The position numbers were made by a program, and so were the translations under genes. The notes beneath the pieces are model-generated. The model saw only the letters and a list, made by a program, of their open reading frames with translations, was not told where the DNA came from and ran no database searches. 64,000 nucleotides of DNA, taken from positions 25,360,001-25,424,000 of the forward strand of contig CM119371.1 in the NCBI GenBank assembly GCA_051294905.1, in the 5' to 3' direction. The DNA is from Botryllus schlosseri. Its lineage: Eukaryota. Positions 29,001 through 37,662 of this stretch are shown in pieces. The first letter of the stretch is position 1. Each line of letters begins with the position of its first letter.

Positions 29001-32000
29001 CGGCTGGCTACGGGCCTGATCATGTGAATTTCCTATGGAGGAATTAGAACGAGCTATCATGTCGGCCTCAATTCCAGTATCAACTACTTGTCCTTCCATT
29101 ACTGGACAACTAAACAGAAGAATGTGCCAAAAGAAAGCGCTGCTTACTATATTCAGCCCATTTTGTGGAAGCAGAAAGGGCATTTAATACGTGTGGACTC
29201 TTTGTTACAAAACTCCGGTCCCAGCTACAGGATGCCACTATTGATGCAGTGTACTTTATTAGAAGGGAGTTGCAGAAGCAGTGAACATTAAATTTGCGTG
29301 ATTTTTCTTGTACTAGCTCGCACTGCGCGTGTACGTATAAATCTACAATAACACTGTTTAATGATTTTGCGATCCATTTTTCATGCAGACGTCATGAAAT
29401 CGATCATCTCACTTAGCATTAATTATCCGGTTAACCGGTTAGCTAAATTCCAAATATACGGATATATCCGTTATCCGGATAGTGAAAATTATTGATATCC
29501 GAACTAACTCTAACTGGCATATTGTGAAGGAAACCACTGTAGCCTACATGGCTGTACTGACCGAGGGAAAGCGCAGAACCCGATGAGAAATATTGCAAAG
29601 GCGCTTGTGGCGAACGAATTTTTCGTTTCAGAAGGGATTCATTATCTTGAATACAAATATAAAGCTTAACAATGACACTACTTTGTCTGATCTGATTAGG
29701 CTCCAGCCGTGGTATATAATTGAAGTCTTGAATGCTCTAGGGATTTGCTGAATAAGCCGTTTATGCTGGGGACTTATAAGATTTTTACAGAAAAATGAAT
29801 TCACTCATAAGTGCTGTCATAGTCGACAATGATGCCGCAGAAAGAGGTATTAAAGCAAGTACAGACTATGCTGGTATGACCAGTAGGGGTATTCAAAAAT
29901 GAATATTTTTTCTCAAATCGTACTGGCTACTTGATACAATTGTTAGGTTACCTAATTTAATCCTACACACCAAATTTGGTTCAATTCCAACCAGTAGCCA
30001 CATTGCTACAGGAAAAGAAAGTTTCTATTTATAATATAAAAATAAATACCAACAAATTTGAAAATTTACTGTTCAACCCATGAAAGTGTTAGGTTGTCTA
30101 TAGAAACGATGTTCACCAAATTTGGTTCAATTCGAACCAGTATAAGCGAAGTTATTGTCGTCGAAAAATTTGGATTCGAATAAAATAGTATTTTCGGTGG
30201 GCACCACTATAATAAATAATTAAAGAATTGGTTACCGTAAATATACTATCTTATTCATAATCCAAATTTTTCGACGGCTATAACTCCGCATCCACTGGCT
30301 GGAATTGAACCAAATTTGGTGAACATCGTTTCTATAGACAACCTAACACTTTCATATGGTGAACAGTAAATTTTGAAATTTTTGTTATTTATTTTTATAA
30401 TATAAATAGAAACTTTATTCTCCTGTAGCAATGCAGCTACTGGTTGGGAATTGAACCAAATTTGGTGTGTAGGATTAAATTACGTAACCTAACAATTGCA
30501 TCAAGTAGCCAGTGCGATTTCAGAAAAATGAGCTATTTTTGAGTATCCCTATGACCAGCAAAACGACAGTTTGCTGGTATATAGCTTAGTACATCCTGAA
30601 TGAATCTTGAATCATTTTCGGCTGCATCCCTACAAATGCTGGAATCACATCTGACGTGGATTTAAAACGAGCTAAAAATGCGTCGAAGCAGTGGTATAGT
30701 TTGACTTCTTCCGGGTTCCAATAAATAAGCTCTCTGGTCGGCCCATGTAACATCTTCTGAGCAGATAAGATTTTGTGCGGGATCCATCTCACATATGGTG
30801 TGCTGCACCAGTTTGCGATGACTAATATACTTTACCTACGCCAAGAAAAGTAGGAGCACTGACTTAATTGCGACCATATCCGACTAGGTATTGCTCGGAT
30901 TTAAATGTAGGTCTAAAAGTACATTATCATTCGTCATTTAGACTGTCATGCCAGCAATTGACTAAGCTGTACGTACAAGCAAACTATCTTTTTTTGGTCG
31001 TGCCAGCATAGTCTGTGCTTACCTTTACACATCTTTCTACAGCATTATTGCCGGCTTTAACAGCACTTACGGGTGAATTCGTTTTGATGTAAGAGTCTAA
31101 TAAGTCCGCAGCATAAACGGCTGATTCAGCCAATCCTTCGAGCATTCAAGACTTCAATTATATACCACGACTGGAGCTTAATAAGATCAGACAAAGTAGT
31201 GTCATTGTTAAGCTTTATATTTGTATTCAATGATGATGCATCCCTTCTGGAACGAGAAATTCGTTCGCCAGTTGCATAAGCACCGTTGCAATATTTCTCG
31301 GCGTGTTCCGTGCTTTCTCTCGATCAAAACGGACATGTAGGCTACGGTGGTTTCCTTCACAATCAGCCAGTCATGCTTTAAAAGTTTATATGAAGCAGCT
31401 GTTGTTTGTTCATCATTATATATTTAGTAACTCAACATGTCCTGAATTGATCTTAAATCGATGTCTGCCAACCAATGTACAATGCGCTTACAGAATCACC
31501 GCCGTTAGCAGACTCCTTTAACAACTAATCAGCAAGCCACCACCGTCGTGATCATTAAAGCATAGCCGATTAGCCAATCGAGAGCCGTGATTTCGTGATT
31601 ACTAGTCTTGTTGCCGTTCTATGGTCGCTGGCACGCCCACTCGTTGGTAGCTACTTTCAAACGCTTTGCGGCGAATCTTAACGACTTTCCTGTGAGCTCA
31701 TTTCAGGCTTGTTGCTGTTTTTTATCAATAATGTATAGAATGGGACATTGATAACGATCATTTTTGAGAATTTCTAAATTTTGGACAACCCTACTGTTCA
31801 ACGAATAGTTACGGTGAATGTAAGGAACAGAAATATGTGTATTTCAGTGGGTTTTCAGCGTTTACATCTCCACTATCGCGTTCGATTCCTGCTGCCTGTC
31901 TCCATTGAACTCAACCGCAGCCGATGGTAATCGGCAGTCGAACTCGGGCGGATTCCATTGATGTTGCTATCTCAAATTGTGATGGAAAATATATTGTTAT

Positions 32001-35000
32001 TTACAAATTACTATAATTTCGCTATTTCCCTTTGGTTTCTGTCAGATCTGAGGAATGAAGCCCAAACGTAGGGACGTAATCCAGATGGCTGGGAGCCACA
32101 TGCTCACGGTAGAGATTACTCGTGAAATTCAGTTTGCACCATAAAAACTTTGAGTGGACCATATATCACGTCGAAATGATTAGATGTTTGTTCATAGTTA
32201 CCAGCTTTACACAAAGTATTTAGGCGTTTTTGTGACTCAGGCGGGAGGATACAAAGTGCGTGTGGATAACGTGATCTTCTGCACATCCTGCCATCGTTAT
32301 AATCATCTTCGGAAGCATATTGCTCGTCGGATCCGTCTCTGACAAAAAAAAAGCTTTGGGTTATATTTCATATTCTGACGCACACGGTTGATCGCGTTGG
32401 GTCGTCGCAACGAAACGGACAATTCTTCTCTATCTGGCATCAGTAAACATTATGATTCGTATATTAAGTCTCATTTCGCGTTAGCTCTGTCCCAAAGTTT
32501 CTATCAAACTGATCTTCTTTCTTCAATATGCTTTAGGCTCACCAACAAATGCAACATATTCAACGTATTATACTCTGCTATGTTCTGAAAAAATGATCAT
32601 CAGGGGTGGTCATGAATGACTTATTTATACTCTTTGAAGTACTCAAGTAGATTTTGCTAGCTTGCACCGTGCTTGAATACATTGTTTTATTTAAAGCTAC
32701 TAACTGTTCACACTTCGGATTATGAAGCGGAAAATTGTTTCGTGATAAGTTTGCATCACTATAATCACTATAATCCCCATAAGAAATAGCAGTCATAAGA
32801 AACGCTGATTATATTTCATCGGCGAACTATGTCTCTCGATACCTTTTTCCTACCGCATTAGCCTTGAGCCTCGTTTGCTCGTATCATATGCTTCAATGCA
32901 AAACATGGGCACCATAATGCTGAGCAAACTAACGGCAACAATATTTATGGCAGAAATGATTAAACTTCGTTAATGGATCGGACCGCCATGTTAATTACGA
33001 TGTAGTTGTAGAAATCATAGTCACTTAATTTATTTTCAATTGCCACTATATAAATAGTCATTTGAATGTTGATTTTCTTTTGACGGCCATGCAGACGTTA
33101 GTATTTATTGGATTAACATCTGGATTAGAGTGTAAGGAAGAATTTTAATCCTGCAAAACTATTTTTAAATAATTTTTCTTACCGAACATTTATATTTCAC
33201 TCGATTCCAATATATGTATAAATGGAATAGATACGTGTGCGAATGCTCCGGGCATCAGACTTGTACAAACTACTGGATTTTCAAAAACCACGACTAGAAC
33301 TATAGCTAGAACTACTCAATTTTTAAAACTCGCAACTATAACTAGAACTATAGAACTACCTGATTTTCAAATCCCGCAACTAGGTTGATGATAGTTTAGT
33401 TTGTCTAAGTCTGCTGTCTGAGTAGCTTTACTGGTAGTCGTACAGATTGCAACATACATATGGTATCAACATTGCACACATTTGATAGACTTTTGTTTTG
33501 TGACTCACTGAAAATTAAGATTTCTCCGAAGGCTTGTAGATTAGCGTAGGACAAACCAGGGTATTTTACGGCCCGCGGGTCGAATTCAGATCATACGTGG
33601 GAGGTCCGGAGAAATTTTGAAGAAAAATAAAATATGTCCCAAAAAAACCTACTTCATGTTGATTTACGAAATAATTTGGATTGAAGCTGGTCATTAGGGC
33701 AGTCCAAAATTTGAGAAATCTCAAAAATTATGGGTAACAATGTCTCATTCTATAGATTATTGATGAAAAAAACAGCACTGAGCCTGGAATAAGCTCACAG
33801 GAAAGTCGTTAAGATTTGTCGCAAAGCGTTTGAAAGTAGCTACCGACGAGTGGGCGTGCCAGCGACCATAGAACGGCGACAAGACTAGTAATAACGAAAT
33901 CACGGCTCTTGATTGGCTAATCGGCTATGCTTCAATGATCAAGACGGTAATGGCTTGCTGATTAGTTGTTAAAAAAAGTCTGCTAATGGCGATGATTCTG
34001 TAAGCGCATTGTAGGTTGGTTGGTTAATAATGATATAGAATTAATTCAGGACATCTTGAGTTACGAAATACATGATGATAAACAAACAACAGCTGCTTCA
34101 CACAAACTTAAAGCATTACTGGCTTATTGTAAAGGAAACCACCGTAGCCTACATGCCTGTATAGACCAAGGGAAAGCGCAAAACCCGGGGAGAAATATTG
34201 CAAAGGCGCTTGTGGCGAACAAATTTCTCGTTTCAGAAGGGATGTATTATCATTGAATACGAAGCTTAACAATGACACTACTTTGTGTGATCTTATTAGG
34301 CTCCAGCCGTGGTATATAATTGAACTCTTGAATGCTCTAAGGATTTGCAGAATAAGCCGTTTATGCTGGGGACGTATTTGCTGCCTATCATTTTCAGAAA
34401 ATAGTTGCCCATCTACGGGTTGCCAAGTCATTGAAAACTTAGAACCGTACAGAACTTGATTTCATTCTCCTTGTAAACACATTAATTTTGATTTTCTCGG
34501 AAATATCAGACATTGAATCGACATTTCAATGCAACTAGGTTTCGAGATTGAAATGGGAGAGATTTCGACCCCAAAAAGTCACCCGTCGGCTACGCCACTG
34601 TTAGCAGTGATGACTCTGAGCGACCAACAGCTGCACATAGTTTACAAACATCATTCAACGGAACACCGGCATCTCAATTCGCCAAAAACCACGACACATG
34701 TTTTCTAGTTGTTCGGAAACTAATATTTTTTTCTAATGTGCAACTAGAACTAGAACTACTGAATTTTCAAAACCCGCAACTACGACTAGAACTAGAACTA
34801 ATGAAAAAATTGATAGTTAGTTGACCATCAACTAACTAAATGTTTAGTTTGTTCAAGTCAACCGGGCATACCTTTGCGAACTGGAATAACCTTCTCATAT
34901 TCATAACTAAAAAATATGAATTACTTATTCACGACGTCAGTCGAAAGAAAGGGAAAAACATTCGGTTTTCACAACAAAACAACTCGCATTATAAGATTGA

Positions 35001-37632
35001 TAAAAATCATTAGCTTTATAGGCCCTAATACACACATACTCTCTGCAGTATATACCTTAGTAGCACTGTGTTGTATGTCTATAGCAGTGGTTCCCAACCT
35101 GTGGTACGCGTACCACTAGTGGTACGCGAAGGTCTTTTAGGTGGTACGCGAGTAGATTTTGTTTTTTGTTCGACCGAATAGAGTTATTAGTAAAGATCTT
35201 TTTTTTTTCAACCTCTTGAATGAATTTCATCGATATTATTAGTAGTTTCAGATATTAGTCTCAAATATTTATCAATTGTCAGCCCATGTTATCAAATTAA
35301 CAGGCGTAGCTGATGGAGCGGGTGTCTTCAAAAATCTTAGACATAAAATAAGTGATGATGCACTTTGTTGCATGATCTTATATTTCTCGACCTCCCATTA
35401 TAGGATTGTCGGTACAGTAAAAATTTATTAGAATCACCCCAACGTACCAGAAGTACCTTCATTCGTGAGACGCACTCGATTCTAACTTGATATTTATTTA
35501 TGGCGTAACTTATGTAGGTGGTACGCGGGCACTGCATAAAACCTCGAAATGGTACGTGGGTGGGAAAAGGTTGGGAACCACTGGCCTATAGTATACCAAT
35601 TCTTTATAAATATTTAAAAGGTCACACGGCTTCTTATTCACCAGTGGAACAATCATGTGAACTCAATTGAAGGCTTTAGGCCAGGGATGTCGAACTCATC
35701 TCAGGTCGCGGGCCGTATTCAAATTGCCGGCATGACCAGTCAAATGCTTCCAAAATGTTACCTCCAACTCCAAATCCCTATTTTCACTATATTATCACGC
35801 CCCCGTATACATAATAATACACACGGACCATGGGGACTCTATAGCAGCATCTTTATTCGCAAACAATGGAATTGGCAAAAATGTGATTGCCGGACGGCTG
35901 AATACAATCGTTAACCGCTAGAAAAAATACGGGCTTTAACGACGATACAAGTTGGCATATTTTTATTCCCAGTTGTTTTAGTCGTGATGAGGCGTTTGTC
36001 CTGCGTATGCGTTGTGAGAAATATACGAGAGATTTAACCGTATAGACTTGGGCTTGGACTTGGACTTGGACTTGGACTTGGACTTGGACTTGATTCATTA
36101 TGGAAAATCACCATTCGGTTTTCTCTGCGAGCCGGTGACTTTTGAGTCAGATGAAGCACACCAGTGCGACCGCATAGATTTGAATTGGGTCTTTATTCTT
36201 TGTGTAGCTATTATATTATTCATGTCACCTGTATATAACGGTTTATCATTAGCATTCTCGATTCACTGAATACCAACATTTAGGCTCAATGAGCACCTTT
36301 TTGCCTTCTCGCATTTAGGTGTATCAATGTCAGTGACTGTATCTAATTGTGACTAAGATGGAACCGCAACACTGATCTCGGAAGTATGCGTTTTGGCCTA
36401 TTCATACATTCGACATATGCCGAATACGGGGATTATTGTTTTAATAAACTCCAAATCTCAACATTTGTTAGGAATGTGCCGGATAACAAAAGCAGTTGTC
36501 CATCCACTCGAAACTCGAAATTGCTTCGCGTGTCGGATGAAATCGTCTGTCGCGCCTAATGTTTGACACCCCTGCTCTAAGCGGCTCATCACCCGTGCTA
36601 AGCGCTATGATTCGCGTACTTACATCCGAATTAAGCATTAGACTACTTGTTCTTATTCGAGCCCCTTTTCCACCATCAACGAGAACTATGTTTTCGAAAC
36701 TTTCCCTCAACGTCGCTATATCCCGAAACAACGAATTGTCGCACCGCAGCATCCAAACTTGTAATGCAAGCTAAGCACGTCGGTGGATAAGATATTTCTA
36801 TCACATATCTGATGAACCTATATTATTGCAACAAAGTACAATTGAATAGGTATGGTGAATAAAATTATTTTGATTGCGATTTTAAAAATTCATTCACACA
36901 TATATATATTCACGCAGATTTCCATATCATCCATAATGTAATGATGTGATGAGTAGAGTTATGCTCTGATGCTTGATTCGGAATCGGAACCGGCAAGTAA
37001 TCTAATTTGCACAACCCTATGTCACCTGCAATGTCGCACTCCGTCGCAGTACTTATTGATGCGAATGCATTTACTTTCGTCTCTGCATTCGAATTCACGT
37101 TCCCCACATCTTCGACCTGAAATCATATTGTGTGAATATCAATAGCTCCGAATATCGAAAAATCATATTCTAATCTCGAGTATTTGAAAAGCTTCTTGGA
37201 GGTACAGAACTTCAATATACAATTGAATAGTATATTCATATTGAAATGAACCCGAATATTTTCGGCTGACACTCGTCAGGGGTAATCGTCAGCAACTAGT
37301 TTAGAATTGAAAAGAACATTGTGTATCAACAATCGTATCACAAATCTCGAATAACAGACCAAAATTGTGACAATTTGTAAGCTCCGTTTTCCGCGCGGCC
37401 TTGTCAGGGGCTGCCGTATCAGAGAATATGTTTGAAGCAAACAGACAAAATGTAAATGCACGTACACATTTATAGGAAGGATTAGGGCAACTATATATAA
37501 AGTAAAAGATAATCACGCAATGTTGGATTTCTAGAACTATAGTGAGCGATTATCACACATGCAATAACACTTACCTTGTACGCTTGCAACAGCTATGATT
37601 AAGGCGAAGTCCAAAAAATACATCGACGACAT
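975..37632 (-). CDS. Multi-exon secreted/cell-surface protein with tandem extended LDL-receptor class A-like repeats (5' part; presumably continues beyond the left edge)
   Basis: 12 exons with GT-AG boundaries splice into one stop-free frame of about 428 codons: 37632-37575, 37116-37026, 32338-32202, 27730-27640, 21799-21660, 16281-16191, 14349-14213, 12086-11996, 9840-9710, 3370-3277, 1586-1453, 1065-975. Signal peptide, then repeated C..C..C..CDG...C-x-DGSDE motifs. Confidence 0.9.
1453..1586 (-). CDS. Exon 11 (B5): DGSDEPHNTTFDNATKCIRKTSGLSPVCILPRYLEHDRKRLCRD
   Basis: 134 nt, TTTTTGACAG| ... G|GTAAAT. Confidence 0.9.
2146..2684. mobile_element. Degenerate hAT (Charlie-like) MITE
   Basis: Imperfect TIRs CAGTGTTTTCAATCTTTT / AAAAGGGTTGAAAACCACT; TSD not convincing. 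Confidence 0.45.
3277..3370 (-). CDS. Exon 10 (A5): INCTDSEFECRDPSRRCIGVANFCNGRKDC
   Basis: 94 nt, TTTAG| ... AG|GTACCG. Confidence 0.9.
5490..5742 (-). pseudogene. Chapaev3-type (CMC) transposase C-terminal relic
   Basis: Translates as NFVDDHKAINYKQLV...LGKNMITKV.FLFSHVDIFPDHL..*QGQRFHQDIK....RYQGR*...MADHCWNL. This resembles the EQGERFHQDI..ME.RYQGRW...M.DYCW motif as I recall it; two in-frame stops. Confidence 0.75.
6380..6508 (-). mobile_element. tRNA-derived SINE fragment
   Basis: Shares TAGCACGGCCCAC..CTAG, CTAGATAA(A)CCT and GAGTCGACCT..ACTCGAA blocks with the copy at 43757-44015. Confidence 0.6.
6514..9486. mobile_element. Non-autonomous hAT-like element with nested MITEs
   Basis: TIRs TAGGGCGGA... 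/ ...TCCGCCCTA and subterminal CGGATC/CGGAGT repeats at both ends; TSD decayed. Confidence 0.6.
8168..8604. mobile_element. hAT MITE (GAGGACA-repeat family)
   Basis: TIRs TAGGGTTACCA / TGATAACCCTA; TSD AATAAAAT/GATAAAAT. Confidence 0.8.
9710..9840 (-). CDS. Exon 9 (B4): DGSDEPYALNEDNRTLCRRPWNNRRLCVLPPELQHKRDDLCRS
   Basis: 131 nt, TTTTATCAG| ... G|GTAGGT. Lies within ORF 9576..10025. Confidence 0.9.
10227..11589. mobile_element. hAT MITE, TAGGGATGG-GTGAAC family, copy 1
   Basis: TIRs TAGGGATGGTGTGAAC, perfect 8-bp TSD ATAGTCAC, GTGAAC/GTTCAC subterminal repeats. Confidence 0.92.
10863..11250. mobile_element. Nested hAT MITE (GAGGACA family) inside copy 1
   Basis: TIRs TAGGCTTACCATA / TATGGTAAGCCTA, flanking duplication GTCAATA; absent from the sister copy at 13074. 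Confidence 0.85.
11996..12086 (-). CDS. Exon 8 (A4): INCSDEQLECRDGSNCLRHSQFCDGSSHC
   Basis: 91 nt, CCTTCAAG| ... AG|GTAGGC. Confidence 0.9.
13074..14013. mobile_element. hAT MITE, TAGGGATGG-GTGAAC family, copy 2
   Basis: Same TIRs and colinear internal sequence as 10227-11589; TSD not preserved. Confidence 0.88.
14213..14349 (-). CDS. Exon 7 (B3): DGSDEPYATHGDNGALCRRVKYRQPGLLCILPTSLRHIRHDLCSD
   Basis: 137 nt, TTTTGAAG| ... A|GTAAGT. Confidence 0.9.
14392..15831. mobile_element. Non-autonomous hAT-Charlie-like element
   Basis: TIRs CAGGGGTGGGCAAAC, perfect TSD GCCTATCT, CGCGGGCCGC subterminal repeats. Confidence 0.9.
14625..14943. mobile_element. Nested hAT MITE
   Basis: TIRs C(A/G)GTGG(T/C)TCTCA; TSD GTCTCAAC/GTCTAAAC; related fragment at about 15370-15650. 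Confidence 0.7.
16191..16281 (-). CDS. Exon 6 (A3): AHCVKDELHCSDGSRCLHPKLFCDGNKDC
   Basis: 91 nt, CCATAG| ... AG|GTATTG. Confidence 0.9.
17125..17400. repeat. GC-rich tandem repeat, unit up to about 59 bp, core TAAACGGCGGACCGAGCGGAACTGCGGAC
   Basis: About six degenerate TAAAC(G/A)GC(G/A)GA cores; two near-identical 59-bp units. Confidence 0.8.
17556..17775. repeat. 52-bp minisatellite (about 4 units)
   Basis: Unit CCCAGACATGATGTCC.GG.TGCAACACAGTACCAACACACTCCAAACATAC recurs at 17615, 17667 and 17719. Confidence 0.85.
18241..18302 (+). pseudogene. Isolated 5' fragment of 18S rRNA gene
   Basis: ATATGCTTGTCTCAAAGATTAAGCCATGC is the conserved start region of eukaryotic 18S rRNA. It is followed by AGTAC...GTGAAAC at about the expected spacing; no further rDNA. 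Confidence 0.85.
18334..20832 (-). mobile_element. ISL2EU-like (PIF/Harbinger-related) DNA transposon relic with THAP and YqaJ-exonuclease remnants
   Basis: About 55-bp TIRs ACGGCCGTAAACCAAACTTTAC.CTGATTGGTCGA, flanked by CTAT / ATAG (AT or TATA duplication). THAP start at 19645 (YCCVYKCS..FHSFP..W..RVRRQDFKP..ICS). Frameshifted YqaJ motifs EQRGCAEW, LRLTSSNFGRV, GYLGASHD and GVLEV at about 18540-18890. Confidence 0.75.
19771..20725. mobile_element. hAT MITE with GACTCGAGTC/CAAGT subterminal arrays, nested in the ISL2EU-like element
   Basis: TIRs CAGTGTTGGGAT, perfect TSD ATACATCG; related fragments near 4216 and 16555. Confidence 0.92.
21660..21799 (-). CDS. Exon 5 (B2): DGSDEPQYATFDDSNETLCRGRTKGEASLCILPRYLDDERTKLCRN
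   Basis: 140 nt, TTTTGACAG| ... A|GTAAAT. Confidence 0.9.
22694..23580. mobile_element. hAT-Charlie-like MITE
   Basis: TIRs CAGTGGTTC, TSD AACTTGAG/AACTAGAG, CGGACCCC subterminal repeats. Confidence 0.88.
24287..24800 (+). mobile_element. Truncated copy of the CAGGACCGTAAC hAT MITE family
   Basis: Colinear with the first about 500 bp of 55729-57303. Confidence 0.7.
24975..25415. mobile_element. hAT-like MITE (TAGGGTTGCATTT family)
   Basis: TIRs TAGGGTTGCATTT / AAATGCATCCCTA; related right ends at about 27011 and 41935. Confidence 0.65.
26130..26390 (+). mobile_element. tRNA-derived SINE copy (degenerate head)
   Basis: GGTTTATC..GCTCCTCCTCGCC, CTAGAAGTGGGCCGTGCTA and AAAAATATCGGCCTG blocks shared with 39401-39650 and 43757-44015. 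Confidence 0.65.
27640..27730 (-). CDS. Exon 4 (A2): TKCAEEDFECRDGSGCIPVSYFCDGEKDC
   Basis: 91 nt, CTAG| ... AG|GTAACC. Visible at the end of ORF 27636..27827. Confidence 0.92.
28348..29512 (+). mobile_element. Deleted hAT element with dimerisation-domain remnant
   Basis: TSD ACTGGCCT/ACTGGCAT; ATCCGGAT/AACCGGTT subterminal repeats; VEAERAFNTCGLFVTKLRSQLQDATIDAVYFIR at about 29165-29265. Confidence 0.85.
29884..30551. mobile_element. Near-palindromic MITE (about 300-bp arms)
   Basis: TIRs TAGGG(G/A)TA(T/C)TCAAAAAT extend almost to the centre; flanking duplication TGACCAG. Confidence 0.88.
32202..32338 (-). CDS. Exon 3 (B1): DGSDEQYASEDDYNDGRMCRRSRYPHALCILPPESQKRLNTLCKA
   Basis: 137 nt, polypyrimidine-GTCAG| ... 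G|GTAACT, phase 2 to 1. Confidence 0.9.
33256..34861. mobile_element. hAT MITE with ACTAGA subterminal repeats, carrying a duplicated segment
   Basis: TIRs (CA/TT)GACTTG.ACAAACTA, perfect TSD CCGGGCAT. Internal 33684-34375 duplicates the left end of the 27917 element. Confidence 0.85.
35085..35583. mobile_element. hAT-Charlie-like MITE
   Basis: TIRs CAGTGGTTCCCAACCT, TSD GTCTATAG/GCCTATAG, GGTACGCG repeats. Confidence 0.92.
35682..36574. mobile_element. hAT-Charlie-like MITE containing a (TTGGAC)n microsatellite
   Basis: TIRs CAGGG(A/G)TGTC(G/A)AAC, TSD CTTTAGGC/CTCTAAGC; related right end at about 53820-53914. Confidence 0.75.
37026..37116 (-). CDS. Exon 2 (A1): RRCGEREFECRDESKCIRINKYCDGVRHC
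   Basis: 91 nt, TTTCAG| ... AG|GTGACA, LDLa Cys pattern, phase 1 to 2. Confidence 0.9.
37575..37632 (-). CDS. Exon 1: signal peptide MSSMYFLDFALIIAVASVQ(G)
   Basis: ATG at 37632, hydrophobic core, small residues near the likely cleavage site, strong donor AAG|GTAAGT. Phase 1 matches exon 2. Confidence 0.8.
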
Positions 37633-37654
37633 CACTGTGTAAAACGAACGCTAG

Positions 37655-37662
37655 TGACGTCA
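37655..37662. promoter_or_regulatory. Perfect CRE/ATF palindrome TGACGTCA about 22 nt upstream of the ATG of the LDLa-like gene
   Basis: Motif match and position only; function untested. Confidence 0.3.

Larger units (their letters stand above)
27917..31793. mobile_element. Foldback element built from two inverted arms of a hATm-like transposon, with two nested MITEs
   Basis: Left arm (27917-28347 plus 29513-29880) is the reverse complement of the right arm (about 30990-31793). TSD CTGGTCAT/CTGTTCAA. Transposase remnant VIVDNDAAERGIKASTDY at about 29815-29870. Confidence 0.8.

Noticed and set aside
31865..31975. Possible extra exon (EFDC-containing) after exon 3
   Set aside because: The phase-1 frame has a stop, there is no repeat Cys pattern, and exon 3 joins exon 4 directly in frame.
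35853..36269. QVQVQV / DLDLDL ORFs
   Set aside because: Translation of a (TTGGAC)n microsatellite inside a MITE.
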